Shown: piece by piece, positions 36,012-45,354 of the stretch
How positions within the stretch are numbered: the stretch's first letter is position 1
How the letters are laid out: each line of letters opens with the position of its first letter
NCBI GenBank assembly: GCA_963758805.1
Contig: CAVWWP010000002.1
Coordinates: forward strand, 222,918 to 286,917
DNA from: Vulcanimicrobiota bacterium
GTDB taxonomy: Bacteria; Vulcanimicrobiota; Vulcanimicrobiia; Vulcanimicrobiales; Vulcanimicrobiaceae
Reading direction: 5' to 3'
Length of the DNA: 64,000 bases
Translations under genes and position numbers: made by a program
The notes under the pieces: generated by a model
What the model was told of the DNA's origin: nothing
Database searches by the model: none
What the model saw: the letters and a program-made list of their open reading frames with translations, nothing else

Positions 36012-36557
36012 ATGCCGCGCATCACCGGCGGACAGCTCGGCAGCCGCAAACTGCGCTCGCCCAAAGGCATGCACGTGCGCCCAACGCCGGGCCGCGTGAA
36101 GGAGTCGCTCTTCTCGATCCTCGTGCACCGGCTCGCAGGCGCGCGCGTTCTGGACCTGTTTGCCGGGACGGGCGCAATCGGATTCGAAGCCGCCTCGCGC
36201 GGTGCGGCACGTGTCGTCTCGGTTGAGGCCTCGCGGGAAGCCGCCGCAGCGATCGAAGAAGCGGCGAAAGATCTTGGAATCGATGACGTCGTGAGCGTCT
36301 TTCCGGCGCCCGTCGAGCGCGCGCTCTATCGGCTCGACGAGCGCTTCGATATCGTCTACTTGGATCCGCCGTACGCGGATCCAGTCCCGCTGCAGCTTTT
36401 ACGCCTCCTGCGCGAGCGTGAGCTGCTCGCACCCGATGCGGTCGTCGTCTACGAACATGCTGCGAAGCGAATTCTTCCCGACATTCCCGGATTTCGCTCG
36501 ACGCGCGAGGAAGTCTACGGCGATGTCGCACTCGCCTTCTTGGCACCGTCAGAGTAA
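36012..36557 (+). CDS. rsmD: 16S rRNA (guanine966-N2)-methyltransferase
   Basis: MPRITGGQLGSRKL..P.G..VRPT..RVKESLFSIL, GTGAIGFEAASRGA, LDPPYA. Confidence 0.9.
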   Translation: MPRITGGQLGSRKLRSPKGMHVRPTPGRVKESLFSILVHRLAGARVLDLFAGTGAIGFEAASRGAARVVSVEASREAAAAIEEAAKDLGIDDVVSVFPAPVERALYRLDERFDIVYLDPPYADPVPLQLLRLLRERELLAPDAVVVYEHAAKRILPDIPGFRSTREEVYGDVALAFLAPSE

Positions 36558-37083
36558 CATCGTCCGCGCCGTATATCCCGGCTCGTTCGATCCGCCGACC
36601 AACGGACACCTCGACGTCATCGAGCGGGCCGCGCGCTGTTTTGACGAGCTCGTCGTGGCGGTCGTCGTCAATCCGCAGAAGCGCGCGCCGATGTTCTCGC
36701 TCGAAGAGCGCGAGGCGATGCTCAGGGAATGCACGCAGCGTTTAAAGAACGTGCGCGTCGAGCATTTTCGCGGACTGCTCGCCGGCTACGTGAAAGCTGC
36801 CCAAGCAGCCGTAATCATAAAAGGACTGCGCGTCGTCTCGGATTTCGAAAGCGAAATGTCGGCCGCGCTGATGAACCGAGCGCTCTCAGACGTCGATACG
36901 CTGTTTCTCATGTCGGATCAAAAGTATTCGTTCGTGAGCTCGAGCATGGTGAAAGAGGTCTTCTTCTTGGGAGGCGACGTTTCGGGCCTCGTGCCGGAAG
37001 CGGTGCTGCAGGTGATGGCGAAGAGGCGCGCGGCGTCGGGCCGCGAAGCCGCAAGCGAAGTGCGAGGGCCAAGCGCGCAATAA
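36523..37083 (+). CDS. coaD: Phosphopantetheine adenylyltransferase
   Basis: AVYPGSFDPPTNGHLDVIERA, KGLRVVSDFESE, SSSMVKEV. ATG 36523 overlaps the rsmD end. Confidence 0.9.
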   Translation: MSHSPSWHRQSNIVRAVYPGSFDPPTNGHLDVIERAARCFDELVVAVVVNPQKRAPMFSLEEREAMLRECTQRLKNVRVEHFRGLLAGYVKAAQAAVIIKGLRVVSDFESEMSAALMNRALSDVDTLFLMSDQKYSFVSSSMVKEVFFLGGDVSGLVPEAVLQVMAKRRAASGREAASEVRGPSAQ

Positions 37084-37097
37084 CGGAGGTAAGCAGA

Positions 37098-37643
37098 GTG
37101 TCGGTCTATCGTGTGCTCGATAAACTTGAAGCCTACGTCCACGAAGGGACGTGGTTGCCGGCCGGCTACCGGATTCTCTCGGAAGAACGTCTCGTCGAGC
37201 TGGTGGAGAAGATTCGCGCTTCGTTGCCCGAGGAAGTCGGCCGGGCGAAGATCATTGCCAAGGACCACGATCGGATGATCCGTGCCGCGCACGAGAAGGC
37301 ACAAGCCATCGTCGACGAGGCCGCGAGCAAACACGAGGAGTTGGTCGACGAGAGCGGGATCGTCCAACGGGCCCGCACCACCGCCGAGGTCGTGCTCAAA
37401 GAAGCCGAGGAGCGCGCGCGCAAGGTTCGCGAAGGCGCCGATCACTACGCGGGCGGCGTGCTCGGCGAGATGGAGGCGCGCCTCTCTAACGCGCTGGGTG
37501 CGGTGCGCAAGGGCCGCGAGATGCTCGAACGCCAGGCTTCACCGGCCGGACAGCCGCTGGCCGACGCCGCGGCAAAGAGCAAGCGAGCGGCATTCGACCT
37601 TCAGAGCGCGCCTGACGAGACGGCAACCCTCGAATCCGTGTAG
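37098..37643 (+). CDS. Coiled-coil protein of unknown function (ATP-synthase b/E-like heptad pattern)
   Basis: GGAGG SD and GTG 37098. Long charged helices (AKIIAKDHDRMIRAAHEKAQAIVDEAASKHEELV...). No catalytic motif. Confidence 0.45.
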   Translation: MSVYRVLDKLEAYVHEGTWLPAGYRILSEERLVELVEKIRASLPEEVGRAKIIAKDHDRMIRAAHEKAQAIVDEAASKHEELVDESGIVQRARTTAEVVLKEAEERARKVREGADHYAGGVLGEMEARLSNALGAVRKGREMLERQASPAGQPLADAAAKSKRAAFDLQSAPDETATLESV

Positions 37644-37673
37644 CCCACCCATGTTTGCGGGAACAATGCGAAC

Positions 37674-38090
37674 ATGAAAAAGCTAGGAATCATGCTCGCG
37701 CTCGGCGGGCTGCTCGCACTGCCGGCGCTCGGTGACGAACCGGGCGGCATTAGTGGTACGGTCGTCGACATCGCTACCGGCCAGCCAATTCCGCACGCGA
37801 CGCTCTACTATTACCGCAGCCCCTACTCGGAGAGCGGCGCGAATCACATCGTGAAGCTCGTGACCAACGCTCATGGCGCATTCAGCACGATCGGGTTGGA
37901 TCCCGGACGATACGTGCTGATGGCGCGCGTTCCGAACAGGGTCGAAGGGTGCGCCCTCGACGACGTGATGGGCGGTGAGGTCGCACGCGTGCGCATCGAG
38001 ATCGGTCACGACACGGTGATGTGCAGCGGACCGCGCGTTCATCCGGCGCTCGTCGATCCGAACGCCGTCGGAGACGTCTACCGGATCTAG
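37674..38090 (+). CDS. Secreted carboxypeptidase-regulatory-like domain protein
   Basis: Signal peptide MKKLGIMLALGGLLALPALG, then ISGTVVDIATGQPIPHATL. Confidence 0.55.
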   Translation: MKKLGIMLALGGLLALPALGDEPGGISGTVVDIATGQPIPHATLYYYRSPYSESGANHIVKLVTNAHGAFSTIGLDPGRYVLMARVPNRVEGCALDDVMGGEVARVRIEIGHDTVMCSGPRVHPALVDPNAVGDVYRI

Positions 38091-39038
38091 TTAGACCGGC
38101 GGCGCCTGCACGTTGTGCGCGAACGCCTCAAGGCGCGCGCGATCGATCGCCGTAACGCGTCCACGATCGAGTTCGAGCGCGCCTGCATTCTTTAGACGGA
38201 GCAACGCTCGGGCAGCCATGTCGCGGACGGTTCCGGCGGCGGCCGCAATTTGGGCTTGCGACAGATTCTCGACGCCGGGAAGACCGCGCGCCATTCCGCT
38301 GGAAGCACGCGCGTAGCCGGTCAAAAACTTCGCAACGCGTTGAAGTACGTGCGCGAATGCGAGATCGGCAATCGTGTCGATCGACCGGCGCCGCGCCTGC
38401 GACGACGCGATCAGAAATCCGAGCGCGAGCTCGGCATCGTTGCGCGCTGCGTGGAGGACGGCCTCGCTCGGCAGCGTGACGATCGTAACGTCGGTGAGCG
38501 CCTCGGCGCGCGTCGTCGCGCCGCCACCGTCGAACGTACCGCTTTCGTTGAGCGTGTCGTGCGTGAGCCGTTCGCCGATCGTGTGCGTCTTGCCGTCGGG
38601 CGAGAGCAGCGTATAGATGACCTTGCCGCTCTTGACGATGCCGAGATATGGCCACATCTCACCTTCGTCGAAGATCGCATCGCCCGATTTGTAGCTGCGC
38701 TCGGCCATTTGGGCGGCGAGCTCTTTCACCGTGTTCGCCTTCGCAGCGTTGAACGCCGGCACGTGGGTAAGGAATCCTTCGCCGTCGGCATTCTCGTCGA
38801 TGCGTTCGAGACGAACGGTCCAGCGATTGTTGCCGAGATTGCGCGCGTCCCACGAAAAACGTCCCGGACGAAGCTGCGCCATCTCGTTGCGCAACGCGCG
38901 CGGGTCGGTCTCCTCGTTGATCTCCACCGCGCTGCCGATCTGCAATCTGTCAAAACTCTCGAGAATTTGCTCGGTCTTCGTCGTGAATGGGAGCGAGCGG
39001 GCGTCGAGCGTGACGGCAGCGGGGCGATTCATCGGCAT
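38091..39038 (-). CDS. Crp/Fnr-family transcriptional regulator with N-terminal DUF2249 domain
   Basis: aa 8-80: LDARSLPF..KTEQILESFDRLQIGSAVEINEETDPRALRNEMAQLRPGRFSWDARNLGNNRWTVRLERI (DUF2249 pattern). This is followed by a cNMP-binding beta-roll and a C-terminal HTH (SQAQIAAAAGTVRDMAARALLRL). Confidence 0.8.
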   Translation of the reverse strand: MPMNRPAAVTLDARSLPFTTKTEQILESFDRLQIGSAVEINEETDPRALRNEMAQLRPGRFSWDARNLGNNRWTVRLERIDENADGEGFLTHVPAFNAAKANTVKELAAQMAERSYKSGDAIFDEGEMWPYLGIVKSGKVIYTLLSPDGKTHTIGERLTHDTLNESGTFDGGGATTRAEALTDVTIVTLPSEAVLHAARNDAELALGFLIASSQARRRSIDTIADLAFAHVLQRVAKFLTGYARASSGMARGLPGVENLSQAQIAAAAGTVRDMAARALLRLKNAGALELDRGRVTAIDRARLEAFAHNVQAPPV

Positions 39039-39106
39039 AGCTCCGGCGTTTTAGGGGCGGTCAACAGCGGTGCCTGCCGGGAGCGCGCGGAATACATGGC
39101 ACCCCT

Positions 39107-40309
39107 ATGAGTTATGCACCATCCGACCATGACGTCGTCATCGTCGCCGGAGCTCGCACGCCGTTTGGCAACCTTGGCGGAGCCCTAGCCGATCTCACCG
39201 CCACCGACCTTGCCGTGGCCGCCGCCGAGGCGGCGATCGCGCGCAGCGGCGTCCCAAAGGATCGCATCGACGAGGTCGTCTTCGGCAACGTCATTCAGAC
39301 CAGCGCTGACGCCATCTACCTCGCGCGCCACGTCGGTCTGCGCGTGGGACTGCCGATAGCGGTTCCGGCGCTTAACGTGAACCGTCTCTGTGGATCGGGA
39401 CTGCAGGCGATTCTATCGGCGGCGCAATCGCTCGCGCTCGGAACGGCCAGCTACGCACTCGCGGGGGGAACCGAGAACATGAGCCAAGCGCCGCACGTCG
39501 TGCGCGGGGCGCGCAAAGGCTTTCACTTGGGACAGAACGTGCAGTTCGAAGATTCGCTCTGGAGCGCCCTCACCGATTCCTACGGAAACACGCCGATGGC
39601 GATTACAGCCGAGAACCTCGCCAAGCGCTATCGCATCTCTCGCCAGGAGTGCGACGCGTTTGCGCTGGCCAGCCAAGAGCGCGCGCTCGAAGCGCAGACG
39701 AGCGGATTCTTCGCCGACGAGATCGTGGCGGTTGACGTGCCGGGACCAAAAGGCGCCGCGGTCAGCGTAAGCGCCGACGAAGGCCCGCGGCAGGGATTGA
39801 CGATGGAGAAGCTCGGACGCTTATCGGCGCGCTTCACTGCCGACGGCGTTGTGACACCTGGAAATGCGAGCGGCATTACCGATGGCGCGGCAGCAGTCGT
39901 CATGACGACGGTGAGACAGGCGAAAGCGGATGGCGTTGCATGGTTGGGCCGGCTCGTTGCATCGAGCGTTGTCGGCGTCGACCCCGTCGTCATGGGCATC
40001 GGTCCGGCGTTCTCAATTCCAAAAGCGTTGGAGCGTGCGGGCATCGGTGAGCCCGATCTCGCGGTGATGGAGATCAACGAAGCCTTCGCGCCGCAGGTGC
40101 TCGCATGTTTGCGCGAGATGGGCAGCGACGGTGCGCGGCTCAATCCGCACGGCGGCGCGATTGCGCTCGGGCATCCGCTCGGCGCATCGGGCGCGCGGTT
40201 GGCGCTCACCGCGCTGCACGAGCTGCGAGCGCGCGGGGGTGGGTACGGGATCGCGTCGGCATGTATCGGTGGAGGACAGGGCATCGCAGCCGTACTCCTC
40301 GCGGAGTGA
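39107..40309 (+). CDS. Acetyl-CoA C-acetyltransferase (thiolase II)
   Basis: Active-site NRLCGSGLQA, NEAFA, HGGAIALGHPLGASG, CIGGGQG. Confidence 0.95.
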   Translation: MSYAPSDHDVVIVAGARTPFGNLGGALADLTATDLAVAAAEAAIARSGVPKDRIDEVVFGNVIQTSADAIYLARHVGLRVGLPIAVPALNVNRLCGSGLQAILSAAQSLALGTASYALAGGTENMSQAPHVVRGARKGFHLGQNVQFEDSLWSALTDSYGNTPMAITAENLAKRYRISRQECDAFALASQERALEAQTSGFFADEIVAVDVPGPKGAAVSVSADEGPRQGLTMEKLGRLSARFTADGVVTPGNASGITDGAAAVVMTTVRQAKADGVAWLGRLVASSVVGVDPVVMGIGPAFSIPKALERAGIGEPDLAVMEINEAFAPQVLACLREMGSDGARLNPHGGAIALGHPLGASGARLALTALHELRARGGGYGIASACIGGGQGIAAVLLAE

Positions 40310-40832
40310 GCGACCGCGTAAGGCCCGCGCGTCAGCGGCGATCGTCTGGGACGTCGTCGCCGTGGTCGCGATCGCGTTTGCGCTGTGGAAGATCGTTGTG
40401 GCCCCGCGTTCGTTTATTCCAGCCGGGACGCAACACGCCCCGTTCGCAACGTACGAACGGCTCGACGGAGGCAAATTTGCCGTGGCGCGCGAGCGCGGGC
40501 ACGTACTCTTCCTCGATTTCTTCGCGACGTGGTGCGAGCCGTGCAAGGTCGAGTTGCCTATGGTCATGGCATGGTCCAGGCGCAACCCCGGAGCACGCGT
40601 CGTCTTCGTCGACGTCGGCGAATCGCGCGCACTCGTCGCGCCTTTTGCGCGACGTTACGTCCTCAAAGACGTCGCGCTCGACCAGGGGTTAACGGCGCGC
40701 GCGCACTTCAACATCGTCGGCTTCCCTACGCTGGTCGTCATCGATCCAAAGGGGTACGTTCGCGCAAAATGGGAAGGCTTCAATCCAGCAGTGGCACTGG
40801 CTATGAGCAACGCCGAATCGCGGTTACGCTAA
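40269..40832 (+). CDS. TlpA/ResA-like membrane-anchored thiol:disulfide oxidoreductase (start uncertain, 40269-40362)
   Basis: TM anchor VVAVVAIAFALWKIVV, thioredoxin motif FFATWCEPCK, FPTLVVID. Confidence 0.7.
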   Translation: MEDRASQPYSSRSERPRKARASAAIVWDVVAVVAIAFALWKIVVAPRSFIPAGTQHAPFATYERLDGGKFAVARERGHVLFLDFFATWCEPCKVELPMVMAWSRRNPGARVVFVDVGESRALVAPFARRYVLKDVALDQGLTARAHFNIVGFPTLVVIDPKGYVRAKWEGFNPAVALAMSNAESRLR

Positions 40833-41614
40833 CGCCCCTTCCAAACCGGAGCCCGTTTTTCGAGGAACGCGCCGGTGCCTTCCTTGATGTCTTCGGTGTC
40901 GACGAGCGTTCCAAACTCCAGGGCTTCGATCTCCAACGCGTCGTCGATCGAAAGATGTGCACCGTTGTTGATCGCGCGTTTGCAGGCCGCGATGGCGAGC
41001 GGAGCCTTCGATGCAATGACCGTGGCGATGCGCGTTGCCTCCGTCATGAGCTCGGAACGCGGCACGACCTTCTGGACGAGACCCACGCGCAGCGCCTCCT
41101 GTGCATCGATCATCTCGCCGGTCAGACACAGATACATGGCCGTGCCCTTGCCGAGCAGCCGGGTCGTGCGCTGCGAACCGCCGTAGCCCGGGATCAACCC
41201 GAGATTTACTTCGGGTTGACCGAAGCGCGCATTCTCGGCGGCGATGAGGATGTCGCCCGCCATCGCCAGCTCGCAGCCGCCGCCGAGCGCGAAGCCGTTG
41301 ATCGCCATGATCACGGGCTTTCGAAGCCGTTCGATTTGGCGAGTCAGGCGTTGTCCACGCCGAGCTTGATCGGCGCCCGATCCGGCCGAGGCGAGCGCGC
41401 TGAGCTCGGAGATGTCGGCCCCGGCGGCGAAGGCCTTTTCGCCCGCGCCGGTGACGACGATCGCACGAATGGCGTCGTCGCCTTCGAGCTCGCGCAGCGC
41501 TTGTGAGACTTCGTCGAGAAGCCGCCCCCGCAACGCGTTGAGCACGTTGGGCCGGTTGAAGGTAATGACGCCTACGGGCGGTGCGCTTTCGACGAGTATA
41601 TCTTCAAACAACAT
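40829..41614 (-). CDS. Enoyl-CoA hydratase (crotonase family)
   Basis: ATG 41614. ITFNRPNVLNAL, VVTGAGEKAFAAGADI, GGGCELAM, GQPEVNLGLIPGYGGSQR. Confidence 0.9.
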   Translation of the reverse strand: MLFEDILVESAPPVGVITFNRPNVLNALRGRLLDEVSQALRELEGDDAIRAIVVTGAGEKAFAAGADISELSALASAGSGADQARRGQRLTRQIERLRKPVIMAINGFALGGGCELAMAGDILIAAENARFGQPEVNLGLIPGYGGSQRTTRLLGKGTAMYLCLTGEMIDAQEALRVGLVQKVVPRSELMTEATRIATVIASKAPLAIAACKRAINNGAHLSIDDALEIEALEFGTLVDTEDIKEGTGAFLEKRAPVWKGR

Positions 41615-41659
41615 TAGCAATCTTATGATTTGATAAAGGCCGCAGGTTCTTTCGTCGCG

Positions 41660-41688
41660 TTGCGGGGAACCCACCTTTGACCTATACT
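41660..41688 (+). promoter_or_regulatory. Candidate promoter of phoU (TTGCGG-17-TATACT)
   Basis: TTGCGG 41660..41665, TATACT 41683..41688. GGGAGG SD precedes ATG 41715. Confidence 0.35.
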
Positions 41689-41714
41689 CAGAAGGCGTTG
41701 TACGGGAGGTGTGA

Positions 41715-42356
41715 ATGGCAATGCGGACGGCGTATCACGAGGCACTAGAGGGGACGCGACTCGACGTCGTCCGTCTAGGAGCCTTAGTGGGGGACGCGAT
41801 ACGCGTTGCCGTGGAAGCGCTCAATAACCGCGACGCATCGGCCGGCGCACGTGTCGTCGCGGGCGACGACGTTGTCGACGACCTGCGACGCCGCATCGAA
41901 GCGCACTGCATCGAACTCATCTGGCGCCAACAGCCCGTAGCCGGCGAGCTGCGAGAGATCGCTGCGATGCTGGAGATCGCGACCGACCTCGAACGCATCG
42001 GCGACTACGCGGTAGACATTTCGAAGAACGCGATCAAACTTTCGGATCAACCGATGCGTCCGCAGAAGGTAGAGATCGATCGCATCGCCGGCGTCGCGCA
42101 CGCGATGCTGCTCGACGCAATGCGCGCCTACACCGAGCGGGACGTCCATTTGGCCGAAGACGTCATCGATCGCGACGACGAGGTCGACAAACTCTACAAA
42201 CGGAGCATCAAGCTGCTCCAAGAAGAGATGCGATCGGATCCAGAGATCGTCCGCCCCGGCACGCGCTACCTCTTCGTCCTCGCATCGCTCGAACGGGTCG
42301 GCGATCGCGCCGGCAACATCGCCTGGCACACGAAAGACATGATCGGGGCCGAGTAG
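41715..42356 (+). CDS. phoU: Phosphate-transport system regulatory protein PhoU
   Basis: Two PhoU repeats with the E..D...ERIGD motif (ATDLERIGDYAV, LASLERVGDRAGNIA). Confidence 0.9.
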   Translation: MAMRTAYHEALEGTRLDVVRLGALVGDAIRVAVEALNNRDASAGARVVAGDDVVDDLRRRIEAHCIELIWRQQPVAGELREIAAMLEIATDLERIGDYAVDISKNAIKLSDQPMRPQKVEIDRIAGVAHAMLLDAMRAYTERDVHLAEDVIDRDDEVDKLYKRSIKLLQEEMRSDPEIVRPGTRYLFVLASLERVGDRAGNIAWHTKDMIGAE

Positions 42357-42374
42357 GGCGCATCGCGAGCGCCG

Positions 42375-43817
42375 CTATCTGGAGTTTGGTGGTTCTTTAA
42401 GGATTGAGGAAGTCATCACGGCGTCGGTCATGCCGTGGATCAAACGCTTGTCCGACGGCGCTATAGTTGCCAGAATGCCGCCGAGCTGGACGCTCTCCCG
42501 GTCCGTCACGAAGTAGTAGGGGCAGAGGCGCACGCGCCCGTCGTAGGTTCGAATCTCGTCGCCCTCGCGATCGAAATACTCTTGGCGCACGCGCTTGCCT
42601 TTGTGAAAGCGCTGGAGGATATACGGGGTTCGGTCGTACGCGTTTAGTGCGGTTTCGATCGTTGCCGCCCACTCGTCGCGCGTGAGGTCATCGCCGATCT
42701 TCACGCCGCGCGATCCCCACGCAAGCTCTGAAAAGCCCGATGGTTTGAGCACGTAATCGCGCTCGCTCTTTCCGAGATCGGCGAGCTGGCGAAAGTCTGA
42801 GACCGGCTTGCCGCCCGCCGTGAGTCCCTCGATGATGGCCTGCGGCGGCAGCGGCGTCGGATCGACGATCCAGGTGCGCGGAAAGACCGCTTGCAGCCGT
42901 TCATAGACGCCCGGCCCGAGCTCAGCCCGCCAGAGTGATTCCAGCGCGCGCTGACCAAAGAGCGCAAACGCAAGCTTCTCTTCGAGCGTTGCCTTCGGCG
43001 GTGGCGTGATCTTGACGCGATTGTGGCGCGCCGCATACAGGATGAGCTCTTGCTTGGGCACGTTGAGGAGATCGAAGAGCTCGAAGTTGCGGTAAAGCGC
43101 GTGCAGCCGCGCTTCGCGTCCGTCCTCCAGACGAATGAAGAGCCCGTCCTCGGTGAAGAAGATGTCCTGCGGTTTGCGCAGCCACGCATCGGCGAGATTC
43201 AGCCGGCGCAACGCCTCTGCAAGCCAGGCCATCTCGTTGCGATAGTCCGCGGATTCGTCGGAGACGACGATTGCAACGGTTGGATACTCGACGCCGGTCA
43301 CGTTGCGGAGCATCGCCGCAAACCCAACGGGAATGCCGTCGGCACCGCCGACGCTCTCGAAGCCGAGTTGACAGTACGCCTCGGTCATCGCACCGACGAA
43401 ACCCATACCGCCGGGGACGCTGTCGAGTTCGGTCGCCACGAATCCGTCGGAGGTAAGAATGAGATCCGGCCGGATGACGCCCGGGAGTTCTTGTTTGAAA
43501 CGGTTCTGCCGGGCGAGCTTGACAATGTTCTCCGGCTTGCCGTGATCGAGGTACTCCGCGATGAACGCCGGTGCGGTTCCGCGAGTGCTGCGATTGTAAA
43601 GGTTGTTGAGCGCTCGGTAAAACGCGAGGAGATCGCTGCCGAGGCGTTCGAGGTCGTCGACTTGCTGCTTCGATAACGCAAACGGCTCGGGACTTACGCG
43701 CCAGGCGATACGCTCGCTTTCATCGTTGACCCGGAAGAGGCCGGGCGGTATCGCTTCGTACAGGTGGCGCGCTTGCGCGCGAGCCGTGAGATTGGGAATA
43801 GTCGCCGTGCATGCCAT
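42375..43817 (-). CDS. Uncharacterised 480-aa protein, ATP-grasp-like (tentative)
   Basis: IRPDLILTSDGFVATELDSVPGGMG resembles the N-lobe of glutathionylspermidine-synthase / circularly permuted ATP-grasp enzymes. DYVLKPSGFSELAWGSRGVKIG resembles an ATP-grasp nucleotide lobe. No firm family call. Confidence 0.45.
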   Translation of the reverse strand: MACTATIPNLTARAQARHLYEAIPPGLFRVNDESERIAWRVSPEPFALSKQQVDDLERLGSDLLAFYRALNNLYNRSTRGTAPAFIAEYLDHGKPENIVKLARQNRFKQELPGVIRPDLILTSDGFVATELDSVPGGMGFVGAMTEAYCQLGFESVGGADGIPVGFAAMLRNVTGVEYPTVAIVVSDESADYRNEMAWLAEALRRLNLADAWLRKPQDIFFTEDGLFIRLEDGREARLHALYRNFELFDLLNVPKQELILYAARHNRVKITPPPKATLEEKLAFALFGQRALESLWRAELGPGVYERLQAVFPRTWIVDPTPLPPQAIIEGLTAGGKPVSDFRQLADLGKSERDYVLKPSGFSELAWGSRGVKIGDDLTRDEWAATIETALNAYDRTPYILQRFHKGKRVRQEYFDREGDEIRTYDGRVRLCPYYFVTDRESVQLGGILATIAPSDKRLIHGMTDAVMTSSILKEPPNSR

Positions 43818-43969
43818 AAAGCGAGGCAGTCTCCTCTATCGACAGCCGTCGGGGATTTTCGAGCTGCGCAATGCGATGTAGCGCCGCCGCATACGACCTT
43901 CTAAAGGGCGCCGGCGGCCGAAAAGGTTGCGGGCCGGGAGCTCGGGGCTCGGCTTCGAAGGACCTTTCG

Positions 43970-44215
43970 ATGAAGATTCAGGTGCTTGCCTTCGCTCGGC
44001 TCCGCGAACTGCTCGCGCGGGCGGATCCGACGCTCGAGCTGCCCGACGGCGCGAGGGTCCGCGACGCGTGGAAGGCGCTTGCGGAACGTCATCCGGGAAT
44101 GGAAGATCTGCGCGCGTCGACGCGGATCGCGTGCAATGGCGCGCTCGTCTCCGCCGAGCAGCAGCTTCATGCAGGCGACGAGCTTGCGCTTCTGCCTCCG
44201 GTGGGCGGTGGATAG
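43970..44215 (+). CDS. moaD: Molybdopterin synthase sulfur-carrier subunit (MoaD/ThiS fold)
   Basis: 81 aa, MKIQVLAFARLRELL..., C-terminal ...LLPPVGGG. Confidence 0.8.
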   Translation: MKIQVLAFARLRELLARADPTLELPDGARVRDAWKALAERHPGMEDLRASTRIACNGALVSAEQQLHAGDELALLPPVGGG

Positions 44216-44621
44216 CTTTCGCATCGTAACCGAGCCGATCGATCCACTCGGCATGCAGCCGGAAGCCGCGGAGGGCGCAAGCGTGAGCTTTCTCGGCAGC
44301 GTGCGCGACGCCGATGAAAACGGCCGTCCGGTGCGTGCCTTGTTCTACGAGGCCTTCGAACCCATGGCCCTGAGCGAGTTCGAAAGCATAGCGCGCGAGG
44401 CGCGCGAGCGATTTGGCCAAGTGCGTCTCACGATCGTCCATCGCGTCGGCGAGGTCGCGGTGGGCGACGTGTCGGTTGCGGTAACGACGTGCGCCGCGCA
44501 TCGCACCGCCGCATTCGACGCGTGCCGGTATGCAATCGACGAGCTCAAACGACGCGCGCCGATCTGGAAGAAGGAGCTTTATGTCGACGGCGGCGGCGAT
44601 TGGATATCCAATGGGTTCTAG
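44208..44621 (+). CDS. moaE: Molybdopterin synthase catalytic subunit
   Basis: GTG 44208 (8-nt overlap with moaD). GASVSFLGSVRD, HRVGEVAVGDVSVAV, RAPIWKKE. Confidence 0.85.
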   Translation: MDSFRIVTEPIDPLGMQPEAAEGASVSFLGSVRDADENGRPVRALFYEAFEPMALSEFESIAREARERFGQVRLTIVHRVGEVAVGDVSVAVTTCAAHRTAAFDACRYAIDELKRRAPIWKKELYVDGGGDWISNGF

Positions 44622-45354
44622 CGTCGACCTCGTTCGCATCGAGGCCGAACGCAATCCCGTCGCCGTGCTGCGCTATGCGCCGCGCCGAACACGCGGCGTC
44701 TCCGTCGTCGCGGGTCACGGCTACTCTTCGAGCAAGCAGAACCTAGACTTGCTCTGTTCCTTTCTCGCGAGCCACGGGTTCACGGCGTACAACTTTGATT
44801 TTCCGGGCCATAAGCTTGGGGCAAGCGGCGGAGAGTTGCGCGGAGTGGACGATTGCATAGATGCGATGTCGAGCGTCGTCGCTTACGCGCGCGGCGAAGG
44901 CGACCGCGCGGTCTATACGCTAGGCCATAGTATGGGCGGTATGACGGCAATCTTCACCGCGGCGCTCGATCCCACGCTGCTCGGGACGATTGCGGTCGCA
45001 ACCGGTTACGGGCGTCCGAGCTCGCTCGAGGCGCTACAGAAGGCGGGGATTGCGGATTTCCGATCGTCGTACGTCGTCGGCGTCACCTTGCCGCAGCTCG
45101 TAGCCGACGTCGACGAACGGTATGCGCTGCTGTTGCCGATGTTGTCGGGCCGGCACGCGCTCTACGTCGCGGCGGATCACGATGCGATGGTCAGCCCGAC
45201 CAGCGTCCGCCGGCTCTTCGATCGAGCGCCTGAGGCAAAAGCATTCGCGACCATCGAAAGCGATCACACCTACGCGGCCGAGCGGGCGCGCGCGACGGTC
45301 TTGGAGTGGCTAGCCGCGCGCCACCCAGCGCCCGCCGCAGCAGCGATACCGTGA
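44581..45354 (+). CDS. Alpha/beta hydrolase embedded in the molybdopterin gene block
   Basis: AAGGAG SD and ATG 44581 inside the moaE 3' end. Nucleophile elbow GHSMGG. ESDHTY near the C-terminus. Confidence 0.7.
   Translation: MSTAAAIGYPMGSSVDLVRIEAERNPVAVLRYAPRRTRGVSVVAGHGYSSSKQNLDLLCSFLASHGFTAYNFDFPGHKLGASGGELRGVDDCIDAMSSVVAYARGEGDRAVYTLGHSMGGMTAIFTAALDPTLLGTIAVATGYGRPSSLEALQKAGIADFRSSYVVGVTLPQLVADVDERYALLLPMLSGRHALYVAADHDAMVSPTSVRRLFDRAPEAKAFATIESDHTYAAERARATVLEWLAARHPAPAAAAIP

Noticed and set aside
43818-43969. Molybdenum-cofactor (Moco) riboswitch upstream of moaD.
   Set aside because: The 150-nt GC-rich leader can form stems. I could not match it convincingly to the conserved Moco-motif core from memory, and moaA has no leader at all. 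It needs an Infernal search with RF01055 before any claim.
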